Positions 21,898-40,770 of a DNA stretch of 64,000 bases are shown here, piece by piece (position 1 is the first letter of the stretch; each line of letters opens with the position of its first letter). The notes below the pieces were generated by a model. It ran no database searches and was not told where the DNA came from. It saw nothing but the letters and a program-made list of their open reading frames with translations. This DNA is from an uncultured Thermoleophilia bacterium. Its GTDB lineage: Bacteria; Actinomycetota; Thermoleophilia; UBA2241. The stretch is taken from contig CAVPCT010000005.1 of assembly GCA_963702475.1 (NCBI GenBank), forward strand, positions 736,001 through 800,000, written 5' to 3'. The position numbers were made by a program, and so were the translations under genes.

Positions 21898-22512
21898 TCA
21901 CCTCGCCTTGATGACGACGACGGAGTTCTTGGCGCCGGGCACCGAGCCCTTGATGAGCAGGAGGTTGTTCTCGACGTCCCTGCGGACGATCTTGAGGCCC
22001 TGCTGGGTGACGCGCTGCGCCCCCATGTGCCCACTCATGCGCATCCCCTTGAACACACGGCTGGGGTAGGCGCTGGCGCCGATGGAACCCGGCTGCCGGA
22101 CGTTGTGCGAACCGTGGGTCTCGGGGCCGCGGCCGAAGTTGTGCCGCTTGATGGTGCCCTGGAACCCTTTGCCCTTGCTCACACCAGCGACGCTGACGGG
22201 CTGGCCGTCCTCGAACGCCTCCACCGTGACGACATCGCCGACCTTGAGGTCGCCGACGCCGTCGAACTCGGCCAGATGGCGCATGCCGTGCTTGAGACCA
22301 GCCTTCTTGAGGTGGCCGAGCTCGGGCTTGCTGATGTGCTTGTCGCGGCACTCCTCAAAGGCGAGCTGTACGGCCTCATAGCCGTCGTTGCCGAGGGTGC
22401 GGATCTGGGTGACCGGACAGGGACCAGCCTGGACGACCGTGACGGCCACGACGTTGCCGTCGTCGTCGAAGAGCTGGGTCATGCCGACCTTTTTGCCGAT
22501 GATGCCTGCCAT
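21898..22512 (-). CDS. rplC: 50S ribosomal protein L3
   Basis: GKKVGMTQ, SKGKGFQG, KGSVPG. Confidence 0.98.
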   Translation of the reverse strand: MAGIIGKKVGMTQLFDDDGNVVAVTVVQAGPCPVTQIRTLGNDGYEAVQLAFEECRDKHISKPELGHLKKAGLKHGMRHLAEFDGVGDLKVGDVVTVEAFEDGQPVSVAGVSKGKGFQGTIKRHNFGRGPETHGSHNVRQPGSIGASAYPSRVFKGMRMSGHMGAQRVTQQGLKIVRRDVENNLLLIKGSVPGAKNSVVVIKAR

Positions 22513-22514
22513 CG

Positions 22515-22823
22515 TCAAAGCTTGATCTCGATGTGGACACCGGCGGGCAGATCGAGACGCATCAGCTGGTCGACCGTCTTGGGGGTCGGCTGATGGATGT
22601 CGATGAGCCTCTTGTGCGTGCGGATCTCGAAGTGTTCGCGCGAGTCCTTGTCCTTGAACGGGCTCTTGATGACGCAGTACACGTTCTTCTCCGTAGGTAG
22701 CGGCACGGGGCCAGAGATGGTCGCGCCGCTGCGCTGCGCTGTCTCCACGATGGACTGCGCGCTGCGCTCGATCAGCTCGTGATCGTAAGACTTCAACCTG
22801 ATGCGTATCTTCTGCTGAGCCAC
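22515..22823 (-). CDS. rpsJ: 30S ribosomal protein S10
   Basis: [28 protein letters not shown]; GTG 22823. Confidence 0.98.
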   Translation of the reverse strand: MAQQKIRIRLKSYDHELIERSAQSIVETAQRSGATISGPVPLPTEKNVYCVIKSPFKDKDSREHFEIRTHKRLIDIHQPTPKTVDQLMRLDLPAGVHIEIKL

Positions 22824-22911
22824 TCTAGCCTTCTCTGTCCTGTTCACGTGGCCGGGTGTGTCCCTCACGCGAGCGCGACGAAGCGCGCCCGGCCATTGCA
22901 GTGTGCTGGTT

Positions 22912-24120
22912 CTACTCGAGGATCTTGGTGATAGCGCCGGCGCCCACAGTGCGGCCGCCCTCGCGGATGGCGAAACGCAGGCCCTCTTCCATGGCGATCG
23001 GCGTGATGAGCTTGACTTCCATCACGGTGTTGTCGCCCGGCATGACCATCTCGACGCCCTCTTCGAGGGTGATGACGCCGGTCACGTCGGTGGTGCGGAA
23101 GTAGAACTGTGGGCGGTAGCCGTTGAAGAACGGCGTGTGGCGCCCACCTTCGTCCTTGGACAGCACGTACACCTGCGTGAGGAAGTGCGTGTGACCGGTG
23201 ATGCTCGCCGGCTTGCAGCACACCATGCCGCGCTCGACCTCTTCGCGCTTGGTGCCACGCAGGAGCAGGCCGATGTTGTCGCCGGCACGACCCTCGTCGA
23301 GCAGCTTGCGGAACATCTCGACGCCGGTGACGGTGGTCTTCATCGGCTTCTCGCGCATGCCGACGATCTCGATCTCCTCGCCGACCTTGACGACGCCGCG
23401 TTCCACACGACCGGTGGCGACAGTGCCACGGCCGGTGATGGTGAAGACGTCCTCGACGGGCATGAGGAACGGCTTGTCGACGTCGCGCTCGGGCTCGGGC
23501 AGATACTCGTCGAGGGCGTTGGTGAGCTCGACGATGCTGCTGCACCACTCGCAGTCGTCCTTGCCGCAGCCGCACTCGAGCGCCTTGAGCGCCGAGCCCT
23601 TGATGACCGGAAGATCGTCACCGGGGAACTCGTACTCGCTGAGGAGCTCGCGGACCTCCATCTCGACCAGTTCGAGGAGCTCGGGGTCATCGACGAGGTC
23701 GACCTTGTTCATATAGACGACGATGTGCGGCACGTTGACCTGGTGGGCGAGCAGGATGTGCTCACGCGTCTGAGGCATGGGGCCGTCGTCCGCGCCTACG
23801 ACGAGGATGGCGGCGTCCATCTGGGCGGCGCCAGTGATCATGTTCTTGATGTAGTCAGCGTGGCCCGGGCAGTCGACGTGAGCGTAGTGACGCTTCTCGG
23901 TCTCGTACTCGACGTGCGCGGTGGCGATGGTGATGCCGCGCTCGCGCTCTTCCGGCGCCTTGTCGATCATGTCGAAGGCGGTGAACTCGGTGGAGCCCAC
24001 GCCGCGGTTGTGCAGCACCAGCGTGATCGCAGCGGTGAGGGTGGTCTTGCCATGGTCGACGTGACCGATGGTGCCCACGTTCATGTGCGGCTTGCTGCGG
24101 TCAAACTTCTGCTTGGCCAT
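22912..24120 (-). CDS. tuf: Elongation factor Tu
   Basis: [29 protein letters not shown]. Confidence 0.99.
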   Translation of the reverse strand: MAKQKFDRSKPHMNVGTIGHVDHGKTTLTAAITLVLHNRGVGSTEFTAFDMIDKAPEERERGITIATAHVEYETEKRHYAHVDCPGHADYIKNMITGAAQMDAAILVVGADDGPMPQTREHILLAHQVNVPHIVVYMNKVDLVDDPELLELVEMEVRELLSEYEFPGDDLPVIKGSALKALECGCGKDDCEWCSSIVELTNALDEYLPEPERDVDKPFLMPVEDVFTITGRGTVATGRVERGVVKVGEEIEIVGMREKPMKTTVTGVEMFRKLLDEGRAGDNIGLLLRGTKREEVERGMVCCKPASITGHTHFLTQVYVLSKDEGGRHTPFFNGYRPQFYFRTTDVTGVITLEEGVEMVMPGDNTVMEVKLITPIAMEEGLRFAIREGGRTVGAGAITKILE

Positions 24121-24203
24121 GTCTGCTACTCCTTTTCCCGAAACCCGGAGAGGTAGAGTTCACACAAAAAGCGGCGCGGCAGCCTGCCGCACCAAAGGTC
24201 GGC

Positions 24204-24233
24204 AGTATACACGAACTCCGCCGGCCTGGGCAA
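24204..24233 (-). promoter_or_regulatory. Internal sigma70-type promoter for tuf
   Basis: Minus strand TTGCCC-N18-TATACT. Confidence 0.55.
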
Positions 24234-24263
24234 CTGGTCGGTCAGACTTCACGCGCGCGTCCG

Positions 24264-26339
24264 TCACGCCCCGCGCACCTTGGCGACGATGTCGTTGGCG
24301 ATCGAAGCAGGCACCTCCGCGTAGTGCTTGAACTGCATCGTGTACGTCGCGCGCCCCTGCGTGGCGGAGCGCACGTCCGTGGCGTAGCCGAACATGGTGG
24401 AGAGCGGGACGGTGGCCGTGATGACCTGGGCGTTGCCGCGCGGCTCCATACCGTCGATGTGGCCGCGGCGCGCGTTGAGGTCGCCCATCACGTCGCCCAT
24501 GTACTCTGCCGGCGTGACCACCTCGACGGCCATCATGGGCTCCAGAAGCACGGGCTTGGCCTTCTGGGCTGCGTTCTTGAACGCCAGCGAGCCTGCGATC
24601 TTGAAGGCCATGTCCGAGGAGTCGACCTCGTGGTAGCTGCCGTCCACCAGCGCCACCTTGATGTCGACCACGGGGTAACCGGCGAGCACGCCGGTGCTCA
24701 TGGCCTCCCGGATGCCGTCATCGACGGCCGGGATGTAGTCGCGCGGGATGGTGCCGCCGACGATGCGGTTCGAGAACTCATAGCCGGCGCCGGCCCCGTT
24801 GGGCTCCATCTCGATGACGACGTGGCCGTACTGGCCGCGGCCGCCGGTCTGACGGACGAACCTGCCCTCGACCTTGGTGACCTTGTTGCGGACCGTCTCC
24901 CGGTACGCGACCTGGGGCTTGCCGACGTTGGCGTCGACGCCGAACTCGCGCACCAGACGGTCGACGATGATCTCGAGGTGCAGCTCGCCCATGCCGGCGA
25001 TGATGGTCTGGCCCGTCTCCTCGTCGGTGTTGACGCGGAAGGTGGGGTCCTCCTCCGCCAGCCGCTGCAGCGAGTTGCCGAGCTTCTCCTCGTCGGCCTT
25101 GGTCTTGGGCTCGATGGCCACGAAGATGACCGGCTCGGGGAACTCCATGGACTCGAGCACGACGGGCTTGTCCGGCACCGTGAGCGTGTCGCCGGTGCCG
25201 GTGTTCTTGAGCCCCACGGCCGCGGCCAGCTCACCCGCATAGACCTCCTCGCGGTCCTCGCGGTGGTTGGCGTGCATCTGCAGGATGCGGCTGATGCGCT
25301 CACGTTTGTTCTTGGTGGCGTTGAGCACGTAGGAGCCGGCCTTGAGGGTGCCGGAGTACACGCGGAAGTAGGTGAGCTTGCCCACATACGGGTCGACTGC
25401 CACCTTGAACGCCAGGGCGGCGAAGGGCTCGTCGTCGGCGGTGCGCCTGGTGGCCTCGTCGCCGTTAGGCTTGACGCCCTTGACCGGCGGTACGTCGAGC
25501 GGCGACGGCAGGTAGTCGACGATCGCGTCCATGAGCGGCTGGACGCCCTTGTTCTTGAAGGCCGAGCCACACAGCACCGGTATGATGCTGATGTCCAGGG
25601 TCGCCTTGCGGATGACCTCCCTGAGGTGCTCGGGCGTGATGTCCTCGCCCTCCAGATAGGCCTCGAGCAGGTGGTCGTCGTGGTCGGCGATGGCCTCGAC
25701 CAGCTTGAGGCGGTACTCCTCGGCCAGCTCCTGGTGGTCGTCGGGGATGTCGACCACTTCGAACTCGGTGCCGAGCTCGTCCTGATAGACCAGCGCCCTC
25801 ATCTCGATGAGGTCGATGATGCCGCGGAAGTCCGCCTCGCGGCCGATGGGGACCTGCAGCGCCACCGGGTTGGCGCCCAGACGGTCGACCATCATCTCGA
25901 GGCCGCGGAAGAAGTCGGCGCCGATGCGGTCCATCTTGTTGACGAAGGCGATGCGCGGGATGCCGTACTTGTCGGCCTGGCGCCACACCGTCTCGGACTG
26001 GGGCTCGACGCCCCCGACGGAGCAGAACAGGGCGATGGCGCCGTCGAGCACGCGGAGGCTGCGCTCGACCTCCATGGTGAAGTCCACGTGCCCGGGCGTG
26101 TCTATGATGTTGATCTGCGTGTCCCGCCAGGCGACGGTGGTGGCGGCCGACGTGATGGTGATGCCGCGCTCCTGCTCCTGCGCCATCCAGTCCATCACGG
26201 CTGCGCCCTCGTGGACCTCGCCGATCTTGTGCGTCTTCCCGGTGTAATACAGGATGCGCTCGGTCGTCGTGGTCTTGCCGGCGTCGATGTGCGCCATGAT
26301 GCCGATATTGCGCGTGTTGTGCAGCGAGTGCTGTCGCAT
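24264..26339 (-). CDS. fusA: Elongation factor G
   Basis: [27 protein letters not shown]. Confidence 0.99.
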   Translation of the reverse strand: MRQHSLHNTRNIGIMAHIDAGKTTTTERILYYTGKTHKIGEVHEGAAVMDWMAQEQERGITITSAATTVAWRDTQINIIDTPGHVDFTMEVERSLRVLDGAIALFCSVGGVEPQSETVWRQADKYGIPRIAFVNKMDRIGADFFRGLEMMVDRLGANPVALQVPIGREADFRGIIDLIEMRALVYQDELGTEFEVVDIPDDHQELAEEYRLKLVEAIADHDDHLLEAYLEGEDITPEHLREVIRKATLDISIIPVLCGSAFKNKGVQPLMDAIVDYLPSPLDVPPVKGVKPNGDEATRRTADDEPFAALAFKVAVDPYVGKLTYFRVYSGTLKAGSYVLNATKNKRERISRILQMHANHREDREEVYAGELAAAVGLKNTGTGDTLTVPDKPVVLESMEFPEPVIFVAIEPKTKADEEKLGNSLQRLAEEDPTFRVNTDEETGQTIIAGMGELHLEIIVDRLVREFGVDANVGKPQVAYRETVRNKVTKVEGRFVRQTGGRGQYGHVVIEMEPNGAGAGYEFSNRIVGGTIPRDYIPAVDDGIREAMSTGVLAGYPVVDIKVALVDGSYHEVDSSDMAFKIAGSLAFKNAAQKAKPVLLEPMMAVEVVTPAEYMGDVMGDLNARRGHIDGMEPRGNAQVITATVPLSTMFGYATDVRSATQGRATYTMQFKHYAEVPASIANDIVAKVRGA

Positions 26340-26408
26340 GTTCCCTATCGTCGTCCTTCCACGCGAAAGCCCCTCACCGACGAAGGTCAGTGAGGGGCCT
26401 CCGAGGGA

Positions 26409-26879
26409 TTACCAGCGGTAATGCGCGAAGGCCTTGTTGGCCTGCGCCATCCTGAAGATGTCGTCCTTCTTCTTGAACGCGCCGCCCTGGCCGGCCAGAG
26501 CATCGAGCATCTCAGCGGCCAGGCGCTCGGCCATGACCTTCTCGCGACGCTCGCGCGAGAAGCTGACCAGCCAGCGGATGGCGAGGGTGCGGGCGCGGCG
26601 GCCCGGCACCTCGACCGGCACCTGATAGGTGGCGCCGCCGACTCGCCGGCTGCGGACCTCGAGGTGCGGCGTGAGCGCCTGCACGGCGTCCTGCATGACC
26701 TCCACCGGGTCTCGGCCGGACTTCTCGCGCACGATCTCGAGCGCGCCGTAGACGATCTGCTCGGCAGTGCTCTTCTTGCCGTCGAGCAGGACCTTGTTGA
26801 TGACCTGCGTGACGAGCTTGCTGTTGTACACCGGGTCCGGCAGGACCTCACGGCGCGTGATGGTGCCTCTGCGCGGCAT
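26409..26879 (-). CDS. rpsG: 30S ribosomal protein S7
   Basis: [21 protein letters not shown]. Confidence 0.98.
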   Translation of the reverse strand: MPRRGTITRREVLPDPVYNSKLVTQVINKVLLDGKKSTAEQIVYGALEIVREKSGRDPVEVMQDAVQALTPHLEVRSRRVGGATYQVPVEVPGRRARTLAIRWLVSFSRERREKVMAERLAAEMLDALAGQGGAFKKKDDIFRMAQANKAFAHYRW

Positions 26880-26882
26880 GTC

Positions 26883-27260
26883 TTACCTCGTTCCCTTGCC
26901 CTTGGCACCGTAGCGCGAACGGGCCTTCTTGCGATCGGCGACGCCGGAGGCGTCGAGCGTGCCGCGGATGACCTTGTAGCGCACGCCCGGCAGGTCCTTG
27001 ACACGGCCGCCACGCACGAGCACCACCGAGTGCTCCTGCAGGTTGTGGCCGACGCCGGGGATGTACGTGGTGACCTCCATGCCGTTGCTGAGCCTGACTC
27101 GAGCGACCTTGCGCAGGGCGGAGTTCGGCTTCTTCGGAGTGGTGGTGTACACGCGCGTGCACACGCCGCGCTTCTGGGGCGAACCCTTGAGCGCCGGCGT
27201 CTTGGCGCGCTTCACTTTGCTCTCGCGCCCTTTGCGAACGAGCTGGCTGATGGTTGTCAT
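26883..27260 (-). CDS. rpsL: 30S ribosomal protein S12
   Basis: [20 protein letters not shown]. Confidence 0.99.
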   Translation of the reverse strand: MTTISQLVRKGRESKVKRAKTPALKGSPQKRGVCTRVYTTTPKKPNSALRKVARVRLSNGMEVTTYIPGVGHNLQEHSVVLVRGGRVKDLPGVRYKVIRGTLDASGVADRKKARSRYGAKGKGTR

Positions 27261-27308
27261 CTGACCTCTCTGGACTCTCAGTGATGCCGCTCAGAACAAC
27301 GGCCATGT

Positions 27309-27337
27309 AGTGTAGCGAACCCGGGCTGCGGCCGCAA
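27309..27337 (-). promoter_or_regulatory. Putative rpsL promoter
   Basis: Minus strand TTGCGG-N17-TACACT. Confidence 0.55.
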
Positions 27338-27365
27338 CACGCTTTCGCGCGGCGGCCGCAGCCCG
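27322..27365 (-). terminator. 14-bp inverted repeat downstream of rpoC
   Basis: CGGGCTGCGGCCGC (27322-35) / GCGGCCGCAGCCCG (27352-65). Confidence 0.55.
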
Positions 27366-27374
27366 TCGATCACG

Positions 27375-27446
27375 CCGTCGCTCGCTGAGCCCTGCCGGGC
27401 CGAGGGCCGCTCAGTACCGTTACGGCTGCTTCGTTGCCCACAGGCA

Positions 27447-27450
<4 letters not shown>
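27375..27450. repeat. Dispersed ~75-bp repeat, copy 2 (abutting rpoC stop)
   Basis: Aligns with 10927-11001 in the same orientation. Confidence 0.85.
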
Positions 27451-31703
<4,253 letters not shown>

Positions 31704-31728
31704 GTTCGCTCCCTCTGCCTAGGCGGGG

Positions 31729-35475
<3,747 letters not shown>

Positions 35476-35777
35476 GCGAGTCTCCTCTGACTAGCGTCTG
35501 GCAGGGAAGAAAGAGCACACCATACCGAGGAAGAGTGGTATGGCCGCAGGCAACGCACGACCGAGAACATTACCACGATTACCCATGCTGACGCAAGAGG
35601 GAGTTTCTGTGCCCCATCAAGTGGCCCGATTCCCGAGCGGGGCCGAAGAAAACGCGAGGGGCCGGGGCGCCGCACAGGCGGCCCCGGCCCCTTCGTACAG
35701 CTCTGGCGAGCTGAGCGGCGCTACTCCTATCGACCGCCGCAGGCGGGTCGACTGGCGGTGCGCCGGAGGTTCACCGA

Positions 35778-36164
35778 CTACTTGATCTCGACGGTGGCGC
35801 CGGCGTCCTCGAGCTGCTTCTTGGCCTCCTCGGCCTCGTCCTTGGTGACGCTTTCCTTGATCGGCTTCGGGGCGCCCTCCACGACGTCCTTGGCCTCCTT
35901 GAGGCCCAGGCCGGTGAGCGCACGCACGACCTTGATGACCTGGATCTTCTGGTCGCCGAAGGCGGCGAGGATGACGTCGAACTGGGTCTTCTCCTCCTCA
36001 GGCTCCGCGGCTGCGGCACCGGCGACCGGAGCGGCGGCGACGGCCATGGGAGCGGCCGCGCTGACGCCGAACTCCTCTTCGAGCGCCTTGACCATCTCGC
36101 TGAGCTCGAGCACGGTCATGCCCTTGATGGCCTCGATCAGCTGATCCTTGGTAAGTTCTGCCAT
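35778..36164 (-). CDS. rplL: 50S ribosomal protein L7/L12
   Basis: [18 protein letters not shown]; ATG 36164. Confidence 0.98.
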   Translation of the reverse strand: MAELTKDQLIEAIKGMTVLELSEMVKALEEEFGVSAAAPMAVAAAPVAGAAAAEPEEEKTQFDVILAAFGDQKIQVIKVVRALTGLGLKEAKDVVEGAPKPIKESVTKDEAEEAKKQLEDAGATVEIK

Positions 36165-36225
36165 TTCTCGGTTCACCTCACGTGGGGCTTGAAAGCCTTG
36201 CTGGACAGGGTGGTGCGGCGGCGGC

Positions 36226-36756
36226 TCACGCCTCGCCGGCGGCGGCGCGCTGCTGCGCCACCTGGTCGAGGGCACGCACGAAGCCGCTGATCGTGCCCTG
36301 GAGGACGGTGACCAGGCCCGTCATGGGCGCGGCCATGGTACCGACGAGCTGAGCGACGAGGACGTCGCGCGGCGGCAGGCTGGCGATGGCCTTGACGGCG
36401 GCGGCGTCGATGCGGCTCGACTCGAGCACGCCGCCGCGCACCTCGAGCTTGGGGTGCGTGCGCGCGAACTCGGACAGGGCCTTGGCGGCGGCGGCGACGT
36501 CGTCACCGCAGAAGGTGACGCCGGTGGGGCCGCTGAGCAGGTCCTTGACGACCTCGCGGCCGGACCTGTCGGCGGCGATGCCGCCGAGCGTGTTCTTGAC
36601 GATCTTGAACCGCGCGCCGCTCTCACGGAGCTTGCCGCGAAGCTCCGCGAGCTCGGCCACCGTGAGGCCGCGGTAGTCGCTGACGAACACGTTCTGCGTG
36701 TCCGTCAGAAGCTGCGTCACCTCGGCGATCACGGCCTCTTTCTCGTTTCTCAGCAT
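36226..36756 (-). CDS. rplJ: 50S ribosomal protein L10
   Basis: [19 protein letters not shown]. Confidence 0.97.
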   Translation of the reverse strand: MLRNEKEAVIAEVTQLLTDTQNVFVSDYRGLTVAELAELRGKLRESGARFKIVKNTLGGIAADRSGREVVKDLLSGPTGVTFCGDDVAAAAKALSEFARTHPKLEVRGGVLESSRIDAAAVKAIASLPPRDVLVAQLVGTMAAPMTGLVTVLQGTISGFVRALDQVAQQRAAAGEA

Positions 36757-36774
36757 CTCGACCTCTCAGTCGCA

Positions 36775-36900
36775 AACAAAAACCCGCTCCCGAAGCGGAA
36801 GCGGGCACGGGCGGCAAAGCCGGGCTCGATTCGCCTCGGGTGGGCGGGCCCGGATGGACCCCTTCGGCTCCCGCAGGAGCACCGACCTTCTTCGGCCGCG
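36775..36900 (-). promoter_or_regulatory. L10 leader (rplJL autoregulatory RNA) with intrinsic terminator
   Basis: Upstream of rplJ: CCGAAGAAGGTCGG...CCCACCCGAGG followed by hairpin CCCGCTTCCGCTTCGGGAGCGGG and TTTTTGTTT. Confidence 0.75.
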
Positions 36901-36924
36901 GCGCACGAGGCGCCGCGAAGCGGC

Positions 36925-36954
36925 AGTATAGAACGCACTACGGGGCGCCGGCAA
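36925..36954 (-). promoter_or_regulatory. Putative rplJ promoter
   Basis: Minus strand TTGCCG-N18-TATACT. Confidence 0.6.
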
Positions 36955-36974
36955 CTGCCGGCGCCCCGTAGTGC
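36935..36974 (-). terminator. Perfect 19-bp inverted repeat after rplA
   Basis: GCACTACGGGGCGCCGGCA-ac-TGCCGGCGCCCCGTAGTGC. Confidence 0.65.
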
Positions 36975-37682
36975 TCACGACTCCAGCAGGTCGCGCGTGC
37001 GCGCAGGGTCCAGCTCGACGCTGGGGCCCATGGTGGAGGCGATGTTGACGCTCTTGATGTACTTGCCCTTGGCGGCGGAGGGCTTGGCGCGCACGATCTC
37101 GTCCAGCACCGCGCCATAGTTCTCCACCAGCATCTCCTCGGTGAAGGACTTCCTGCCGATGCTGAGGTGCACGATGCCCGAGCGGTCGGTGCGGTACTCG
37201 ACCTTGCCGCCCTTGGCGTCGCTGACGGCCTTGCCGACGTCGAACGTCACGGTGCCCGACTTGGGGTTCGGCATGAGGCCGCGCGGACCGAGGATACGGC
37301 CGAGCTTGCCCACCGTGCCCATCATGTCGGGCGTGGCGATGGCGATGTCGAAGTTGAAGACGCCGTCCTGGACCTGCTTGGCGAGGTCCTCGCTGCCGAC
37401 GATGTCGGCACCGGCGTCGCGAGCCTCGCGGGCCTTGTCGCCCTCGGCGAACACGGCCACGCGCATCTCCTTGCCGGTGCCGTGCGGCAGCACGGTGGTG
37501 CCGCGCACGATCTGGTCGGCGTGGCGCACGTCGACGCCGAGGCGGAAGTGGACCTCCACGGTCTCATCGAACTTGGCGCCGGGCAGCGTCTTGAGCAGGC
37601 GCATGCCCTCGAGGGGTGAGTAGAGCCGCCCGGGCTCGACGGAGCGTTTGGCGGCGACGTAGGTGCGGCCCTTCTTGGCCAT
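36975..37682 (-). CDS. rplA: 50S ribosomal protein L1
   Basis: [23 protein letters not shown]; ATG 37682. Confidence 0.98.
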   Translation of the reverse strand: MAKKGRTYVAAKRSVEPGRLYSPLEGMRLLKTLPGAKFDETVEVHFRLGVDVRHADQIVRGTTVLPHGTGKEMRVAVFAEGDKAREARDAGADIVGSEDLAKQVQDGVFNFDIAIATPDMMGTVGKLGRILGPRGLMPNPKSGTVTFDVGKAVSDAKGGKVEYRTDRSGIVHLSIGRKSFTEEMLVENYGAVLDEIVRAKPSAAKGKYIKSVNIASTMGPSVELDPARTRDLLES

Positions 37683-37764
37683 TCGCGTACCTCCTGTGGT
37701 GCAAACGGCGACAGCGATCGCCTCCCACATCGGCGGGACCGGCAATGAGCCGGCCCCGCAGGGG

Positions 37765-38193
37765 TCATGCTTCGACGACCTCCACGCCCATGCTGCGGGC
37801 GGTGCCCTCGATGATCTTCATGGCGGCGTCGACGTCGTTGGCGTTGAGGTCGGGCAGCTTGGTCTCGGCTATGGCGCGGACCTGGTCGCGCGTGACCTTG
37901 CCGACCTTGTGACGGTTGGGCTCGCCCGAGCCCTTGTCGAGACCGATGGCCTCGCGCAGCAGCACGGCCGCCGGCGGCGTCTTGGTGACGAACGTGAACG
38001 AACGGTCTTCGTACACGGAGATCTCGACCGGCACGACGCTGCTGCTCGAGCCCTGCGTCTGGGCGTTGAACGCCTTGCAGAACTCCATGATGTTGACGCC
38101 GTGCTGGCCCAGGGCGGGGCCGACGGGCGGAGCCGGACTGGCGGCGCCGGCGGCGATCTGCAACTTGATCTTGGTGAGGACCTTCTTGGCCAC
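37765..38193 (-). CDS. rplK: 50S ribosomal protein L11
   Basis: [24 protein letters not shown]; GTG 38193. Confidence 0.98.
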   Translation of the reverse strand: MAKKVLTKIKLQIAAGAASPAPPVGPALGQHGVNIMEFCKAFNAQTQGSSSSVVPVEISVYEDRSFTFVTKTPPAAVLLREAIGLDKGSGEPNRHKVGKVTRDQVRAIAETKLPDLNANDVDAAMKIIEGTARSMGVEVVEA

Positions 38194-38216
38194 TGCTTGC
38201 CTCGCTTGCTGCTCGG

Positions 38217-38741
38217 TTAGGACGTCTTCTTGACCTGGTCGAAGGCGAGCTCGACCGGCGTCTCGCGGCCGAAGATCGACACCATGACCTTGAGCCGGCT
38301 CTGGTCGAGGTTGACCTCGACGACGTCGCCGGAGAAATCGCTCAGCGGACCCGAGGTGACGCGGACGTTCTCGCCCACGCTGAACTCGGCCTTCTGCTTG
38401 GGCCGCTCCACGGAGGCCGTGTGCATGATGCGGTCGACCTCGGCGCGCGACAGCGGGACAGGTTTGTTCTGCGCGCCGACGAAGCCGGTGACGCCCGGGG
38501 TGTTCTTGACCAGCGACCAGGTGTCGTCGGTGAGCTCCATCTGCACGAGCACGTAGCCCGGGAAGACGCGCCGCTCGCTGGTGATCTTCTCGCCGTCCTT
38601 GGTCTCGACGACCTGCTCGGTGGGCACCACGATCTGGTGGATGCGCTCCTCCTGGTGCATGGACTGGCGCCGGTGCTCGAGGTTGGCCTTGACCTTGTTC
38701 TCGTGCCCCGAATAGGTATTGACGACATACCACTTATACAC
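38217..38741 (-). CDS. nusG: Transcription termination/antitermination factor NusG
   Basis: [31 protein letters not shown]. Confidence 0.98.
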   Translation of the reverse strand: MYKWYVVNTYSGHENKVKANLEHRRQSMHQEERIHQIVVPTEQVVETKDGEKITSERRVFPGYVLVQMELTDDTWSLVKNTPGVTGFVGAQNKPVPLSRAEVDRIMHTASVERPKQKAEFSVGENVRVTSGPLSDFSGDVVEVNLDQSRLKVMVSIFGRETPVELAFDQVKKTS

Positions 38742-38753
38742 GCGTGACCCGCC

Positions 38754-39098
38754 TCACTTGATCACCGAGAGGATCACGTCGACGGCCTTGGCGAAGACGA
38801 CATCGAGGACGCCCGTGTAGACCGTCGCGATGCCGACCGCGACGAGCACGACGAGGGTGGACTGGATGAGGTCCTTGCGCGTCGGCCACGTGACCTTGCC
38901 CAGCTCGATGCGGACATCCCGCAGGAACCTGCCGAGGCCGCGCTTCTCGCCCGACCTGCCGGACTTCGCAGGCGCCTTGGACTTCTGCTGCCCGCGACGC
39001 GCCGGCTTGGCGTCCGCCCGTTTGGCGACGGACTTGCCGCCTGACGCGGGCTTGCCCTTGCCGGACTTGTCCTGTCTGTTGTCCGAAGTCTTCGCCAC
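38754..39098 (-). CDS. secE: Preprotein translocase SecE
   Basis: ELGKVTWP plus one TM; between tRNA-Trp and nusG. Confidence 0.95.
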   Translation of the reverse strand: MAKTSDNRQDKSGKGKPASGGKSVAKRADAKPARRGQQKSKAPAKSGRSGEKRGLGRFLRDVRIELGKVTWPTRKDLIQSTLVVLVAVGIATVYTGVLDVVFAKAVDVILSVIK

Positions 39099-39118
39099 TC
39101 AACCGCTCCGATGGTCGT

Positions 39119-39194
39119 TGGCAGGGCTGGAGGGACTCGAACCCCCGACCCCCGGTTTTGGAGACCGGTGCTCTACCAATTGAGCTACAGCCCT
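39119..39194 (-). tRNA. tRNA-Trp (CCA)
   Basis: AGGGCTGTAGCTCAATTGGTAGAGCACCGGTCTCCAAAACCGGGGGTCGGGGGTTCGAGTCCCTCCAGCCCTGCCA; 76-nt cloverleaf with encoded CCA end. Confidence 0.97.
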
Positions 39195-39215
39195 AAGAAC
39201 ACAAGGGGGGAACGC

Positions 39216-39365
39216 TCAGCGCGTCTCCTTGTGCACGGTGTGCGTCCCGCACCAGCGGCAGTACTTCTTCAGCTCGATGCGGTCCGGATCGTTCTTCTTG
39301 TTCTTGTTGGTGTGATAGTTGCGACGCTTGCACTCCTGGCAAGCGAGGGTGACCAGCTGGCGCAC
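39216..39365 (-). CDS. rpmG: 50S ribosomal protein L33 (Zn type; absent from ORF track)
   Basis: Manual translation [49 protein letters not shown]. Confidence 0.96.
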   Translation of the reverse strand: MRQLVTLACQECKRRNYHTNKNKKNDPDRIELKKYCRWCGTHTVHKETR

Positions 39366-39699
39366 GTCGTCGTCCTTTCAAAAAGAAGCACGTAAGGATA
39401 GCAAGGGTGCACCGCGAGGGTCAACGCGGGTCCTCACGGCTCCCCGGCGCGGACCTCACGCCGCGCCGACCACGGCGGCGCAGTATAGCAGACGCCGCCG
39501 GGCCGGCAAACCGCGCACGATGGGCGAGGCGACCTGACCGCCTCTGGCCCTGCGGGCAGGCGACCTCGCCCGACGCCCGCGCCCGCAGGCTTCGCGCGGC
39601 GACGCGATGAGGTACGGTGTCTTGGTACGCTTCGGACCGGAGGGACCGTCCGGCACACCGGTGCCGCGGCGGGACCAGGAGAGACGGGGACCGTCACAC

Positions 39700-40703
39700 G
39701 TGACCGACGACACACCGACGACAGGCTCACCTGCGGCCCACGGCGGGCGCCCGCACAGGCCCGTCCCGCCGCCGGAGGTGCCGGGCGGGACGACGGGCGG
39801 TCCGGCGCAGGGAGGGTCGCCGGGCGGCCGCGCGCCCGCGAGCGCCGCGGAAGGCGGCATGGCGCCCGGGCGGGTAGCCGCGCCTCCGATGGTGGCCCCG
39901 GGAGTGCAGCCCCTCCCCCCGCCCCCTCCCTCGGCGTCACCGGAGGTGCTCGCGGGGAGGCGGCGCTCGACCGGTCGGGCGCCGGCCCGCACGCCCACCT
40001 CGGACCCGAGGCACGAGGCCCGCTGCGCCGTGAGGCGGCGTGGGGCTGGCGGTCCGGGCTGGCGGGGCTGGCCGTGGGGTTCGGCCCCGAGATGCTCCTG
40101 TACGCGGTATCGCTCGGCGTCGTCGCGGCCGACACGCAGGACACCGCGGTGACCACAGCCTCGGCCGTCGCTCTCGTCCTCATCTCGCTCCTGGTGTACG
40201 GATGGCACACCGCGGCGGCCTGGTTCTTCTCGGTACGCGTGGCCGGCCAGGGGCTGTCGGCCTGGGGGTTCCGCCTGCCCACACGCGCCTTCTTCTGGAC
40301 CATCCCCGCGGCGCTCGCCGTGGTCTACGCGGTGAGCATCGTCCACGACGTGGTCGTCGACCCCGAGCAGCAGGACATCGTCGGCCAGTTCCCGCACACC
40401 CCGCTCGGCATCGCGCTCTTCGTGCTCCTGGCGGTGATCATCGCACCGCTGGCCGAGGAGGTCTTCTTCCGCGGCTTCCTGTTCCGCGCCTTCGCCTCCT
40501 CCTGGGGGTGGGTGACCGGCGCCGTGGTCTCCGCGGCCGTGTTCGGCGTGGCTCACGTTCAGCTGGACGTGTTCTTCCCCCTCTTCGCCCTCGGCCTCAT
40601 GCTCGCGTGGGTGTACAAACGCACCGGGTCGCTGTGGACCAGCATCGCGCTGCACGCGCTCTTCAACGGCCTCTCAGTGCTCGTCTGGGCGGTCGGAGGC
40701 TGA
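39700..40703 (+). CDS. CPBP/Abi (CAAX-protease-like) intramembrane metalloprotease, apparent frameshift near 39955
   Basis: APLAEEVFFRG, FGVAH, HALFN motifs in 40074-40703; the upstream Pro-rich part (GTG 39700) joins if one G is added to the GGGG run at 39954-57. Confidence 0.8.
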
Positions 40704-40770
40704 GGGTCACCGCCGACGGCGGCGCGGTCGCACGAGCGCGCGGCGCGCAGCGGCGCGAGCGGAGCGCCGG

